Of a stretch of DNA of 64,000 nucleotides, positions 25,401 to 36,505 are shown piece after piece. The stretch comes from Phoronis australis (Eukaryota > Animalia > Phoronida). The notes beneath the pieces were generated by a model. The model did no database searches. It was not told where the DNA came from and worked only from the letters and a program-made list of their open reading frames with translations. A program made the translations under genes and the position numbers. Position 1 is the stretch's first letter. Every line of letters begins with the position of its first letter. Location of the stretch: contig NMRA01000309.1 of assembly GCA_002633005.1 (NCBI GenBank), positions 281,333 through 345,332 of the forward strand, in the 5' to 3' direction.

Positions 25401-28400
25401 TTGCTTATTGCTCACTTAAGACAGGCCGTCTTCCGCCTAACAAAATCGCCTGAGACCACCGGTATCTTAGTTTTTCCCTGTCCTTTATTTTCAATATTTT
25501 TGCAAGTTGTCAAAATATTCTTACTGTATAGCAATTTTACTCAATTATTCTGATATTGAATATTCATTGTTATTTTTGTACTGTTCACCAGAGTTAACTT
25601 ACTCCCTGTAAAACACGCTTTGCCCAATCGAATAGTCGCGGCCTTGTTATTCAATTGTTCCTAATGAATCTCACTTCCGACTTAGCGGCAAATCTAAAAT
25701 GGCAGAGTATCAGTAGGCTCCAGTTCATGACAAGTGAAGAGTTTTGGGAATTTTTTGCCTACAGATTTCAATACGATTAACCTGTATGTACTGATGGCTT
25801 CGTTATAACATGTTCTAGCCATCTAATAAGGGTTAAAAACGTGTGCAACAAGGTCTTTAACATGCTATGCTCCCCAAGGGTTCTGTTTCACTACTGACAT
25901 TTCCATGTAAGATTGTTGCTACTGCAATTGCCAGAACTCTGACAAATCACTGCTTCCCTCTGACAAATCAGTGCTTTGCTTCCCAAGGAAAGGCCAAGAT
26001 TCCTGAAAGGTAGGTCAAAGCAGCGGCGTCATATAAGATTTTTCGTCGTGTTCTGTCACTCAAGCTTCTTAGTGTTGGGGTATCTTAAATGTTCAATTGT
26101 AACTGCACAGTATATCGGGTCATATTCAAGTGACTACTCTGGTTGTGTAGGTCGACTGGGAGGAGATGGAGAAGAAGTTACACAAACTGGAGTCTGATTG
26201 TAAGCTGGGTATGGAGAACTTGAGAATAGTAGCCAAACATGAGCCTCACTACTCCACACTCAAGACCAAGTAAGTTGGACACTGTTGGAAGACTGAACTC
26301 AGACTTCACTTAGACTGAGACTCAGACTCTAAATTTAATCAATAACGCTGCATGATTTTAATACAGATTTACTAAGGTGACTCAAATCCTTCTGTACTGT
26401 TGGTCAACTTTCGATTAGATCGTGGGTCCTGGTGTCAAGATTTTTTAAGTTAAAGGTTTTACAAATCCGCCTTCTGTCAAAAAAGTTTTGATCTATGCAG
26501 CCTAAGGCCCAGTGCCATTATAAAAGTAGCTTCAACGTATTTCTTGCTCAGATTAGAAGGGATTTGTGGGTGTAAGAGGAAGTGGTAGTTCATAGGTGCT
26601 TGAGCTGCGGGTCAACAAGTAGGTCATTTCATGGCCGGAGAGTGGTCTCAACAAATAGGACATTTTTAAATGCCTGAAGGGTGATGTCAGCAAGTAGGTC
26701 ATTTAATGCCTGAAGGGTGATGCCAACAAGTAGATCATTTAATGCCTGAAAGTTGGTGTCAACAAGTAGGTCATTTAATGCCTGAAGGGTGGTGTCAACA
26801 AGTAGGTCATTTAATGCCTGAAGGGTAGTGTCAACAAGTAGGTCATTTAATGCCTGAAGGGTAGTGTCAAGCAATACCATGCTGTTAGTTCTACCCAGGC
26901 CTAGTAATCTCTTCTAACGCGTAATCTCTTCTAACGCGACTAAAGAACAAGTGGAGACCTCTGGTTAAATCTTAAGTAGCCTAAATCAAAAGCTATTTTT
27001 GCAGGCGCTGCATTCATTTCTAACATAGGTAATGTCATACTGTGACTGTTGAAATAGTGACTGGAATTTTGAAGCTTGGTAAAGAGGTCATGCGCATACC
27101 ATTATTTCACAAAATGGCTGCTGAGTTTAATTGCACTGTAATCCTTAAAATGTTCCTTCATGACTTGGATGCTTTCTTGCAGATTGTCCCAGTTCCTGTC
27201 TGACTGCGCCGAGCGCATCATCGTCCTGCAGACAGTGTTCCAGCGCGTTGTCCACCGTTACTACAAACTACTGCTCTACTTTGGCATGCCTGTATCACAG
27301 GCCAAGGAGTTGAAGATCAGCCATTTCTGCAAGGTGGTCAGTGAGTTTGCGCTGGAATACCGTACCACACGCGAGAAGGTGCTGCAACAGCGTGAGAAGA
27401 AGGCCACCTATCGTGAGAGGAAGAAGACACGTGGCAAACTTATTGTTGATGTAAGCACTCACCTTACCATAGTTTGTACAGTTTGGGAAAGACCTGCAAT
27501 TATGGGACCTAGTGCTGAAACTAGAACTAATAGACATGATGTCCACTCATGGACAATCTGGAATATGAGAAGAATATATTTTCATTTGTATGAAACATAT
27601 AAAAAGGATAAAAAGTTGTGGAATATTCATGGAAAATCTTCTGGCAAATAAAAATCCTCTTACTTTGTTTGTCATGGGAATTGCATTTTTGTGTATGCAG
27701 CACTTGGTAACAATTAGTAGAAACAAATTACTGTTTGTCACAATTTCTGTGAAATAAACAACTGATGAAGAGTAAAAACTTAATCCTGGAGAACTCGCGT
27801 ATTTACCACTGCTTGGGACTGGGTGTTCTGCCTGTTTTTTTTTTGTCCATAATTAATTCTTTTCAGGTAATGATAAATTCTGAATTGAATACACGTCAGT
27901 TACTATCATTTTGTAACGGATAAGTCATGTTTGACATTTTGTACATCCTCAGAACTTTACAAACTGCGAAATGGGGAGGGTAAACTTTGGCTGACCTATA
28001 GAGCAACAGACTTTGTTATCACAACTGCTTGGAGTCATTGATTTCAGGAACTGATAGGGCACTAATTGTTAACGTAGTGCCTGTCTATTAAAGGTGCCTT
28101 TTATTACTTACACTAATAAACTAGTCAAGGTTTACTTAATAATTGACCTACTCCAGTGAGCTTGGTGAAAGTGGACTGAATGAGTCATATACAGTTAAAG
28201 TATATTTCAGAAATTAGTTCCTCGGTTTTACTCGCGTTTCGTACACACTCATGCCTAAATCTGGAAAAGGGTGCAGATTCGCGTATTAGCGCATGGGCCT
28301 AAATATGTGCATGGGCCTAAATATGTGCATAATACAGTACTTCTTATCGAGACACTACATCTCTTGTATTAACTGTGCGTGTTTTAGACGGAGAAGTTCT

Positions 28401-30908
28401 CACAAGGTCCCAAGAAGGAGGAAGCTGCCCTTCACAAGGTGCTCAACAATGGTTATGTGTCTGACACCAGCAGTTTGGGCAGGAAGAAACCATCTGTTGG
28501 TGAGCTATAATTTAAAGGTTCTATATTGGTAACATAGTATTGATTAGTGTTGGGGCTAATGAATGCACTGCTTAATAAAGTTGATATGTAAAACTACATT
28601 CAAGTGGCCATGGATTAAGGCGTATTTAGAGTTGAAAATAACTCATGGCTCAAAATTAAATTTAAAAATTAACCAATCGTACACATGTGAAATGTGTAAG
28701 TTTTCTGTGAGTGCATAACATGTAGTTGACAATGTTTGAATCAAATAAAAGTTTGCAGTCCATAATGAGATCTAGACACATGACACATTCTTTGACTTAT
28801 CTCCCCTATGGTTTGATTGTGTGGGTAGATAAGATTTAACTTTTACTTCAAATGTTCTAAAATGTCTTAATGCTGCTCAATTCCCCTTGTGTTCTCTTAG
28901 AAGAGATCTGTTTTATAGAAGCTCCGATGATTTATGTGTAACAAACATGAGTGGTGAGATGTCAATGTTTCAAAACACATTTCAGCTCCTGATGAATGTG
29001 ATGATTGTAAGTTGGAGTGCGGTTGGTTAACCAAGCTTTCTTGTCTCAACGTAATTCTCTCTGATCTTTACTTTCTGCGGTGGCCTCGCTCTCTTGATCT
29101 AAGCGCTGTCTTTCTTCTGTGTGAACTGGTCGCCCACTCAGGCTTTCATGTACTCTAGGTTGGGCCTTGATTTGTAAAATGGTGCCTGGCATTAGTGATG
29201 TCAAGTCATTCTTTGTAACCGTTTTGTAGACTTTGAACAGGAAACATTGGCAGTTTCTCACGATTTGCTATGTTCAATGGGTAAACTTAAAAACCTTTGT
29301 CTATCTTGCTTCATTTACCATCCAGGATCCAGCTTTTGCACGATGCACACGACTTTTTGGTCACTAAACTTTGAATACTCTTTCTGGTGCTGAAGTTGCT
29401 TTCTCTATTTGACAGTGTTTCAAACCATGAAAGTGTTACCTTGTGTATTGACTCTGGTGTATTGACTCTGGTGTATTGACTCTACATTTTGTGAACCGTT
29501 CATGGTGTGAGCAGCATCTCTTAAACTGATGTTGGTATTATGGTTAATACAACATGTTAGATTTTAACGAATTCGGAGACACGCATGTCTTGTGCTAGCC
29601 AAGTTCTCGGCTCTTTATTGTTGTAAAATAAAAAACGTAAGTGTTCTTGAAATGTAATCAAGTGTGCAGTTCACTACATTTCAATGTTGAAAAGGTTTCA
29701 GATTCATTTGTGAAACGCGCATTCTATTGGTTTTAACTAGTACGTTCCTGTTAGCACTGTACGTGTCATGATAACGTGTATTTTGATAGCTCACATTGGC
29801 AAGCAGAGGAATGTGGCACGCCAGGTGATGACAGACAACGAAGCATTTGACACGGGTGAGGACGAGATCCTGGAGGCTTGTGTTAAGTCTGCTACTACGT
29901 CTGGACAACGGGCTCCAACCAGGGAGAGGAAGAGGACGAAGTATGCACACAGGAAGTCATGTAAGTAGTGACAAGCTGTCTGGTTTTTACCAGGACTGCC
30001 TTCCGTACACGCAAGACACTCTTGAAGCATGAAGAACTCTGTCCCATAATTCGACATTCTAACTTCTCCAGCCATTCTGTTCAGTGGCTGCCATTTTGCT
30101 AGATTACGCTTGTAAGATTCGGACATGTGAAACACTTGGCTTGTGGCACTTGTGATTTTGCGTGGTCTTGTGTTCTCTTGCTTTTTCACTAGTGTCTTGC
30201 ATCTACAGCACACATCCCAGGTGACCTTTTGAAAAACAGTGGCGGATTGACTTGTTTGCTTCTTTAACAAGCCATATACAGGTTATTCCATACTTTTCAC
30301 ATGGCAGTAGAAAGAGTTGACTGTTTTATTTGTGAACCATGTGGCAACATTCTTTTTGAATTGTCCAATTACATCATTTATACTCATCATGGTAAACTTG
30401 GTAAATGACAAAAGTTATTTCCATGCAGGGACAACTCAGGAACAGTGAAAAGAAGGTAAAAATTCATTGAAAACTCGTGGACCTTCTCATAAGATGAATA
30501 CTCCCTAATTTACAAGTTCCTACATTTTGTTATACTAGACAACAGTTATTACCAAAAACTACTGTTCTTCTACTTATTGTGGAAAAATATCTCGTGTAAG
30601 TTATGGAAATTATATCCTAGAAAAAGCAGGGAAAGTGAACACGTAGTACAAACTAGAACTATTGATTAACTGTCATTCACATTTGTTCACACGCTAGATA
30701 AAATTGTTACTGCGCGTGGAAATTACCATTTTTTAAGGCTCCCTATATATTTTCAATTGGAATTGTGAGAGAGAACCTTAAGCTATTTGGATTATTTTCT
30801 CATATTATACGTGATTCTTTTGTTAATGTTGCAGTGAGAAGAACGTTGAAAGGTGGTATTGATGAATTGGAGAGGCAGGCCGTGGCCAACTACTCAAGCA
30901 AGTATTGA
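1391..30908 (+). CDS. FHOD3: FHOD-family formin (FH1/FH2 domain-containing protein 1/3-like), multi-exon, 5' end outside window
   Basis: Spliced exons with consistent phases encode FHOD hallmarks: [49 protein letters not shown]1 polyproline, FH2 ([33 protein letters not shown]) and DAD (RKSLRRTLK). Confidence 0.96.
2709..3157. mobile_element. ~450-bp MITE with ~28-bp imperfect TIRs, flanked by TTAA
   Basis: Left gttgcttttacacgagagacggttgtcac vs reverse complement of right end gctacttttacatgagagacagttgtcac; TTAA on both sides; internal gacaactgacaaggt repeats. Confidence 0.75.
4863..4974 (+). CDS. FHOD3: FHOD exon: [37 protein letters not shown]
   Basis: ttccag acceptor, CAG|gtaaat donor; phase 0 in, 1 out; conserved FHOD motif. 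Confidence 0.94.
6332..6426 (+). CDS. FHOD3: FHOD exon: (G)[31 protein letters not shown]
   Basis: ttcacag acceptor, AAG|gtgggt donor; phase 1 in, 0 out. Confidence 0.93.
6725..6924 (+). CDS. FHOD3: FHOD exon: [27 protein letters not shown]...[21 protein letters not shown](R)
   Basis: ttgacag acceptor, AAG|gtgcgt donor; end of FH3/DID; overlaps ORF 6791..7015. Confidence 0.93.
7343..7528 (+). CDS. FHOD3: FHOD linker exon: [25 protein letters not shown]...LERRRRER(A)
   Basis: ttgcag acceptor, gtaagt donor; phase 2 in and out; open frame with RKSRRYS motif typical of FHOD after FH3. Confidence 0.85.
7541..7667. repeat. 41-bp tandem repeat x3
   Basis: ttgcaatatcattggcttgtgatacggcatctcattatgtt at 7541, 7582, 7623. 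Confidence 0.9.
8189..8434. mobile_element. 246-bp MITE, CAGG termini, 6-bp TSD AGCAAT (hAT-like)
   Basis: caggacttgtaat ... attctaagccctg; AGCAAT at 8183-8188 and 8435-8440; repeated tttcctc subterminal motif. Confidence 0.7.
8949..9212 (+). CDS. FHOD3: FHOD probable cassette exon (Ser/Thr-rich, 88 codons)
   Basis: ttgcagcag tandem acceptor, GA|gtgagt donor; 264 nt, phase 2-2, open in the frame of ORF 8899..9216. Confidence 0.65.
9710..9840 (+). CDS. FHOD3: FHOD linker exon: [43 protein letters not shown]
   Basis: tttcccttcag acceptor, A|gtgagt donor; phase 2 in, 1 out, which bridges the phase of the flanking exons. Confidence 0.82.
10104..11917. mobile_element. non-autonomous Tc1/mariner (pogo/Tigger-like) DNA transposon, TA TSD, contains assembly gap
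   Basis: Perfect TIR ccgtaatcgttcgggttaacgccc / gggcgttaacccgaacgattacgg, TA on both sides, many gggcggttaa subterminal repeats. Confidence 0.85.
10566..10850. other. assembly gap
   Basis: Run of N. Confidence 0.99.
13595..13924 (+). CDS. FHOD3: FHOD probable cassette exon (charged, coiled-coil-like, 110 codons)
   Basis: gtttgcag acceptor, CTAG|gtaaga donor; 330 nt, phase 1-1; frame of ORF 13570..13986 ([23 protein letters not shown]...). Confidence 0.72.
14861..15981 (+). CDS. FHOD3: FHOD large exon: linker, DMDFTDL motif, FH1 polyproline and FH2 lasso ([11 protein letters not shown]...IWEKL...LEHLFE)
   Basis: gttttag acceptor, AAG|gttagt donor; within ORF 14737..16119. Confidence 0.95.
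16225..16722. mobile_element. ~500-bp PIF/Harbinger-like MITE
   Basis: aggccctttcatattga vs reverse complement of right end aggacctttcatactaa; internal inverted cttaactccggtc/gaccggagttaag; AAA on both flanks. Confidence 0.6.
17363..17368 (+). CDS. FHOD3: candidate 6-nt microexon (Asp-Pro) in FHOD FH2 linker
   Basis: tcttcgtctcatag|GACCCG|gtaagt, phase 0-0 matching the flanking exons; pyrimidine tract with TGC/GCATG motifs upstream. Confidence 0.6.
19048..19200 (+). CDS. FHOD3: FHOD FH2 exon: [51 protein letters not shown]
   Basis: ctgtag acceptor, GAG|gttggt donor; contains the conserved FH2 Ile (NAINIGL). Confidence 0.95.
19851..20036 (+). CDS. FHOD3: FHOD FH2 exon: [16 protein letters not shown]...[17 protein letters not shown]
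   Basis: ttccctag acceptor, CAG|gtcagt donor; ORF 19857..20093. Confidence 0.95.
21795..22040. repeat. degenerate minisatellite (tgctcactgaatgtgaacatctg-type units)
   Basis: About 8 diverged copies of ctcactgaatgtgaacatctgtg. Confidence 0.75.
22810..22902. repeat. 31-bp tandem repeat x3 containing the 3' splice site of the FHOD exon at 22901
   Basis: tgtcacatccttttgattggctgttgtagga at 22810, 22841, 22872. Confidence 0.92.
22901..23020 (+). CDS. FHOD3: FHOD FH2 exon: [40 protein letters not shown]
   Basis: ttgtag acceptor, GTG|gtaggt donor; GNFLN FH2 post motif. Confidence 0.95.
23656..24220. repeat. 19-bp minisatellite (ccacatggtctgtctgtgt) interrupted by a MITE
   Basis: About 8 units before 23812 and a further partial unit after 24194. 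Confidence 0.88.
23812..24194. mobile_element. 383-bp MITE, CAGG termini, 6-bp TSD CTGTGT, inserted in a minisatellite (hAT-like)
   Basis: caggccttggaat ... attcgaagccctg; CTGTGT at both flanks; repeated tttccgcg motif. Confidence 0.72.
24554..24715 (+). CDS. FHOD3: FHOD FH2 exon: [29 protein letters not shown]...IARCAK
   Basis: ttttcag acceptor, AAG|gtaaga donor; conserved FH2 Lys (EVKD). Confidence 0.95.
26151..26269 (+). CDS. FHOD3: FHOD FH2 exon: [39 protein letters not shown](K)
   Basis: gtgtag acceptor, AA|gtaagt donor; phase 0 in, 2 out. Confidence 0.93.
26611..26870. repeat. 36-bp minisatellite, ~7 copies
   Basis: tcaacaagtaggtcatttaatgcctgaagggtagtg; produces the repetitive ORF 26629..26880. 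Confidence 0.9.
27183..27450 (+). CDS. FHOD3: FHOD FH2 C-terminal exon: [13 protein letters not shown]...[14 protein letters not shown]...KTRGKLIVD
   Basis: ttgcag acceptor, GAT|gtaagc donor; ORF 27160..27651. Confidence 0.95.
28388..28499 (+). CDS. FHOD3: FHOD tail exon: [37 protein letters not shown]
   Basis: gttttag acceptor, G|gtgagc donor; TEKFS follows the FH2 end as in FHOD1. Confidence 0.88.
29790..29960 (+). CDS. FHOD3: FHOD DAD exon: (A)HIGKQRNV...[34 protein letters not shown]
   Basis: ttgatag acceptor, T|gtaagt donor; DAD core plus basic region. Confidence 0.92.
30835..30908 (+). CDS. FHOD3: FHOD last coding exon: (L)[23 protein letters not shown]
   Basis: ttgcag acceptor; completes RKSLRRTLK; TGA at 30906-30908. 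Confidence 0.92.
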
Positions 30909-32456
30909 GGGGCAGGCACTAGTCTGTACGTGTTGGAGTCCCAAGGGATCAAGGTGGGGTTGACACATGAATGCCGGGGGTCACCGTTGGATGTGTTGAC
31001 ATGAGAGGGTATGCTGAAAGTTGCATAGGCTGAAAGTGGAGCTGGATTGGTCAAGGTTAAATTTAATGTGTATGCCATATGTACTTAAAGTTAAGTTGTT
31101 GTTACTAAGGGACCGTCACAGCTTATCTGTAGGAAATTGTTCGATAAAGCTGACAGCATTGAGCAACACTGAGGTTGCTTTGTACTTACCAATGCCTTCA
31201 GGTCTTGTGTACTGAGACAAAAATAGCTCCAAGTGAGCTTGCAATCTTTTTTAGTGTACAGTTCTCTCGCAAACATCAAGAATTGATTTCGAATTCATCC
31301 GTGATCAAGGGTGATCACTGTATGTCACTGCTGAGCATGTGAAATTCCTTGGTTCTCATTCAAATCTTGCCGTTTCAGGTGCTATCTATGTATATAATTT
31401 TGAAGCCAGCTTGCATTGACTATTTATTTTTGGCATATCATATAGCTGTGTCTGATATGAATAGGTCAGATATATTTTAGTACGCTGACTACGTTGCCTT
31501 GGTGCCGCGTTGTTATGGAAGGGTTAACTGTGATAGGTCATCTTGGAGAGTCATTGACTGCTCATTGGACGTGTTTTGAAACGTTAAAAGATGAAAACAT
31601 TATAAAGGGAAAAGTTTTGAAGTACTATCAGTTTTTGCCAGCTAGCATTTACTCAACAGCTTTTTTTAATTAAAGCTTAGTACTTAAAAGTTTTTGCAAT
31701 AAGATAAGAGAATTTTGCATTCTGTCACATTTGATTGAGATGTGAAAAGGGTTGGCATAGTCAGGGTCTGTTCAGATCAACGTAGAGTTTCATACCCTGT
31801 CTCTTCACTTGAGTTTGTGAGTAACAATGTGAGTGAGGTATTTAACCAATGGAATAATTGAAGGCGCTTCAAATGGCTGTTTCTGTTGTGTTTTCACTCG
31901 TCTGTGTTCACGGCTGTAGATCGGTCGATCAAAGGTCCTAACAAACACCTGCCAAGTTTGTAGATATTTGTACATTCTCACTGCATTTCTTTGTTTCATA
32001 AGTTATTCGTTCTATATTCAGATGTGTTTTGCTAAGTGTTTTGATGTGTCCCACGGTTTCTGCATTCTAACATATTTGCTTGAAAACAACTTGCAATTAA
32101 TATGAATATTATATGCAGCTTAGTTCCTTTCCCCCACAAGGTGGCGTTAATGCTCAAGCATCTTTGAACATGCTAGTGGTGGATTGGTAAACTTTGGGTT
32201 GTTTTTTGTTACACACAGTTTTATTTTCATTTTAATATTTCCCTGGTGCGATATTTCTTAACAGTGACTGTATGTGCTCTACTGTTTTTCTATCTGGTGC
32301 TAGATTACCATAAGTCTCTTGACAGAATGTTACAAAACATGTTTGTGGTTTTCCCGCTTGTTCAGTTCCAAAGATTTGGCATTGTAATCTTACGCTGTAT
32401 TGTCTTTTAGCTAAATATTGTCTTCTTTTCCTCTTTGCAAAACTGAGTATCAACCA

Positions 32457-32474
32457 AATAAAGTTTTAAATAAA
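32457..32474 (+). terminator. tandem AATAAA polyadenylation signals, probable end of FHOD 3'UTR
   Basis: Two AATAAA hexamers (32457, 32469) at the end of a ~1.55-kb T-rich UTR-like tract after the FHOD stop. Confidence 0.55.
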
Positions 32475-33730
32475 GATTACACCTTGTCATTGGGCTACAG
32501 CAATCACTTTTACTTAATTGAGCTAATTTGAACATCTCACTTGAGTTTCAGATTGCTGCAATTTTTGATGAACTTAAAGCTACATTTTGCCGTTTACCTG
32601 GCCAAAACAAAAAATCAAGGTATGCCTTTTCATCTCAAAATCAGTCTTATAATATTCCTTAACATGATGGCCCCATTTCCGCTACCAAGTGAGTCAGTCA
32701 ATGCGTGCGTGCGTTATTTACGACTCCCCAGTTTTAGGGTTAGCCAACCCCAATAATATTTAAAGCATTTTCTCGAGTCGCTGATGGTTTGATGTTTTCG
32801 TTGATAACAGAAATAGCTAATATCCCATCATGGTAAGGAATATTATGAGCAAGGTCTACTTCAATTTTCGTTTGCTTTAAGCCAACTATTCAGAGTGAAA
32901 TGTAGCTTTACTTTTCATATGCCCACATTCAGGGACCCAAACAATATTTCTTTGGCTAGGAGTGAGGCCATGTCAGATTGCCAATAGCAACAGATGGCCT
33001 ATACACATAAATATATCCTCAAGGTTATTCACAGATACGTTATATAGTGCACTTACTTGTCATATATTTAACTTTGTCATTCCAAATAAGTCGCAAAAAA
33101 GGGTTAATGAGAAATTCGCTACCTAACAATTTTTTCAAAGCAATACACCTCACGAGTCGATTTAAACATTAAGTACTAAGTAGGCGACTATCATATGAAA
33201 GAAGTGACAGAATAATAGAATTCAGTTCTCCACGAGAACTCGGTTGAGAACAAAAATGGTTGGGAGTTGAAATGTATTCATGATTCTGAAAGTTACGATA
33301 CATAGGAATAAATCTACAGAGGATATATTTATATGTCATTTATTTCTAGTCGCATGTAGGAAACCTACTTCAAATGTTTATTCACTTATTCCCTTATAGA
33401 ATGTATGGTGGAGCCTGTCGAACCCACACTAGTGTACGTGGCTACAAATGGCCCAGCATAAGGTCATATGATGCACACACCTCTTCAGGATACTAGTACA
33501 CATTACGCTAGGGTGCAGCTGCTTGTTTTTCTGTTCTGTCTGCCTGATTGCTTATCAGGCCTGCAGTTTTATAGTGGCTACAAACAGGCGATCTGTCCAG
33601 GAAATGGACTTTAGATTTAGACATTTTGCTATAAAATTGGTTTCATCATTATTTCTACCTCCTCAGATGAGAAGTGATTTCTGGATTTGCAAACAAGTGT
33701 TAGTGTTAGTCCTCTTCACACTGTGACAAA

Positions 33731-33981
33731 TCTGGTCTCCAGCAATACACAGGTCTGGTCTCCAGCAATACACAGGTCTGGTCTCCAGCAATACACAGGT
33801 CTGGTCTCCAGCAATACACAGGTCTGGTCTCCAGCAATACACAGGTATGGTCTCCAGCAATACACAGGTCTGGTCTCCAGCGATACACAGGTCTGGTCTC
33901 TAACAATACACAGGTCTGGTCTCTAGCGATACACAGGTCTGGTCTCCAGCAATACACAGGTCTGGTCTCTAGCATTACACA
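33731..33981. repeat. 23-bp minisatellite x11 (intergenic)
   Basis: tctggtctccagcaatacacagg repeated with few substitutions and no spacers. Confidence 0.93.
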
Positions 33982-34546
33982 AATTTTGTGTATTTATTCA
34001 GGAGTAGGGAGAAAACTGGCCTGCATTATGCAGTCACAAGAACATCATGAAAATGCAAGACTCAGTGAGATATCTACCTGCATTACAAGTGAAGCACGTG
34101 ATCATACTAAATTTACTCACGAAATTCTTGCGCCTACTGAACGCAGCCCTGGTTCACCAACTATACGGCTCTCGAACTATCATCTACCTCACAGACTTTG
34201 ACAATGTTCGCTGACGAGACTACCATGTCAAATGCCGTTTGACTGTTCATCAAGTGCTTGCGTAATGCATTGACAGAAACGTTCTTGAAAAAAATTAATA
34301 TATTTCTCATTTCCTTATATACAATAGAGCATTCACAACATAATTGTACAACACAAACACAAACATCAACAAATCAATAACACTTAAATAGCAATTTTGT
34401 CTTTGTGATATATGAATGTATACATTCTGTTCACACAAATTGATGTTGCCAAAACAACAATTTTACAAACAAGCAAAACAAAGCATATTCTTTATACTTA
34501 TCAATAGCTATTAAGTAATAGTTCAACAACATTATTGTAATCTGAA

Positions 34547-34552
34547 TTTATT
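34547..34552 (-). terminator. candidate AATAAA poly(A) signal for long (~3.7 kb) USP32 3'UTR
   Basis: TTTATT on + strand near the end of a long tract that is U/G-rich on the - strand; other signals are possible. Confidence 0.3.
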
Positions 34553-36393
34553 AACAAAAATAAAAAATGACAGTTGGCACAGAAAAAATCTGTAAATACA
34601 AGACCTCAGTAAATAGTTGTCTTGTCACAACATTTCGTTTGAAAATCACCCGTGTCTGTCTTGCAACTCCAACTCTTAATAGAAAATAGGTGAGAGATTT
34701 GCTAACTATGGATTTTTTTGTCGAAAATGTGACTGCTATACAGCAAACCTTTATTAGTTCACAACAAATAACCCAGCCCAGTCTCATATGGAAGTTTGCC
34801 TACCCCTTCTAACAAAGCAGCAGTCAACATGTTGCTACACCACTCTCAAGTCCATTACAATGGCTGCATGCATTGCAGACCTTACTGAACTATCTACTAG
34901 AAGGTTACCTCACATTATGGCATCTCTGGATATCACGGCGAGGTTAACCACAGGCTCACTGATAACACAAGCACATTTGAAAAGAAATTTTAATTCAATG
35001 CCATCACAACTTACATATAGTATAACAGCAGCAAATTCACTGAACAAACAATTAAGTACTCAAGACCACTCCATAAAGTCTTCATTTCATTGCAGGCAAC
35101 ATTATCTTTCCCAACTAGCAACTATGGATGCTTCTTACCCACTGAAAATACAAAAGCCACTTAACACAGAGCCTGAACTTTTATGACTGGATTCTTTTGT
35201 TAAGGCATTAGGAAACAAATGTGAGTGTGACAATAATGAGACTAGAAAGACAAAATCCACTGGTGAAAATTAATCTTTTTCATTGATCAGTAGAAATCGG
35301 TTAACTACAGGAGAAGAAAAGAGAAATAATGCACCTAGCAACTGCTGTACCTTCGTTGAGCCCCAACCTCTACTGTGTAACCTGCCTGAGCAACACAACA
35401 ATGGTCAAGTTGACTCTTGAAGATCACCACTTATCACAATAATCTTAATACCCCTAAAGAATGTAGTGAAATTTGAATGGAGGAACACCTCATGTCATAA
35501 GGTGTTCAAAGACATTTGAAGTTCACATACTGAGAGTTCTTTTAAAGCCACAATAAACAATGTTCTCGTATTAAAACATTTTTCTTTACATGTGTATTTG
35601 GACTTCAAAAGCTGCATCGTCATGTTAGTTTCCTCTGAATGTAAACTGGGTACAACAAAGCACTTGGACAATCAGACTGCCTTGGCAACTGAAACTAACC
35701 AACATGACAAACAAATTAAAGGGAACAATGTTTTTGAAGGTATTTTTGGTCGACTCAACATATTTTACTTTCACTGAAATTCACTTCTTTTTGGTCAATT
35801 ATATAAAAACACCACTAACATTTCCCCAAACAACAAGTGTTCAATTGTAAGTTGCAAAATGCAAACACTTCATGTCTTATTGGCTAAACTGCTGTGTTGT
35901 TACCCATTTCTAGCATCTTTGGTCAAATTAAGTGGCAAATTGATATGCATCAGGGTCTGAGACTAAAATGGGTGGGCGCCTCCACCAAGGAGCACAGTTA
36001 TCAGCTCACTCACCTATGTTGATGTTTTTACTAAGCCACAATTCCAATCAAAAAAGTGTTATTTTAACTTTCATTCGAGTTCCAAATGCTTTTTATAGCA
36101 AGCAAAATACGCCAGATTGATCAAAAACACCTGCAAAAAGATAACATTCACATTTAAAGGGGTTGCTCAGAAGCAATATCAACCTGTCAGTTCGTCTCAA
36201 GCAATATCAACCTGTCACTTCATCTCAAGCCAAGAAATCATTTCTAATCTGAGTAAGAAACAAGATGTGACCTATTTTGTGACCTATATATGGCCTAAGT
36301 CAAAAGTTGTTCTTTGCAGTAGGTTTGGTTGTCTTTTTCAATGTTTTGTTGTCAAAAACAAACTAACGGGCGAGTTGTATGTGTAACACAGAG

Positions 36394-36505
36394 GAGGCAG
36401 TGGGGAACACTGCTAGACCCTTGAGTCAGGTCTCTCAGCTCTGTTTTAACTATATATTAAAGCATACAAATGGTTCTAGGTGATCAGTGCAATGGGTCCA
36501 CCTGT
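36394..36505 (+). mobile_element. SINE copy (head largely deleted) in presumptive USP32 3'UTR
   Basis: gaggcagt..ggaacactgctagacccttgagtcaggtc..cagctc.gttttaact..ggtga.cagtgcaatggg.ccac matches 61284-61615. Confidence 0.6.

Noticed and set aside
26629-26880. Repeat ORF ([12 protein letters not shown])n
   Set aside because: 36-bp intronic minisatellite with no splice or codon evidence.
27855-27875. ttcttttcag|gtaatg as a recursive splice site (similar motif on - strand near 62665)
   Set aside because: Host intron is under 1 kb and the donor is imperfect; such juxtapositions are expected by chance.
29040-29165. Pyrimidine-rich block with AG...GT suggesting another FHOD tail microexon
   Set aside because: Available acceptors give 17 or 55 nt before the gttggg donor, neither frame-preserving, and the donor is weak.
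33731-33981. Regular 23-bp repeats resembling a CRISPR array, with ORFs on both strands
   Set aside because: Head-to-tail with no unique spacers, eukaryotic context, no cas genes; the ORFs are by-products of the repeat.
34788-35186. 132-aa ORF between the two genes
   Set aside because: No recognisable domain; lies antisense within the probable USP32 3'UTR, where the A/C-rich strand is depleted of stops.
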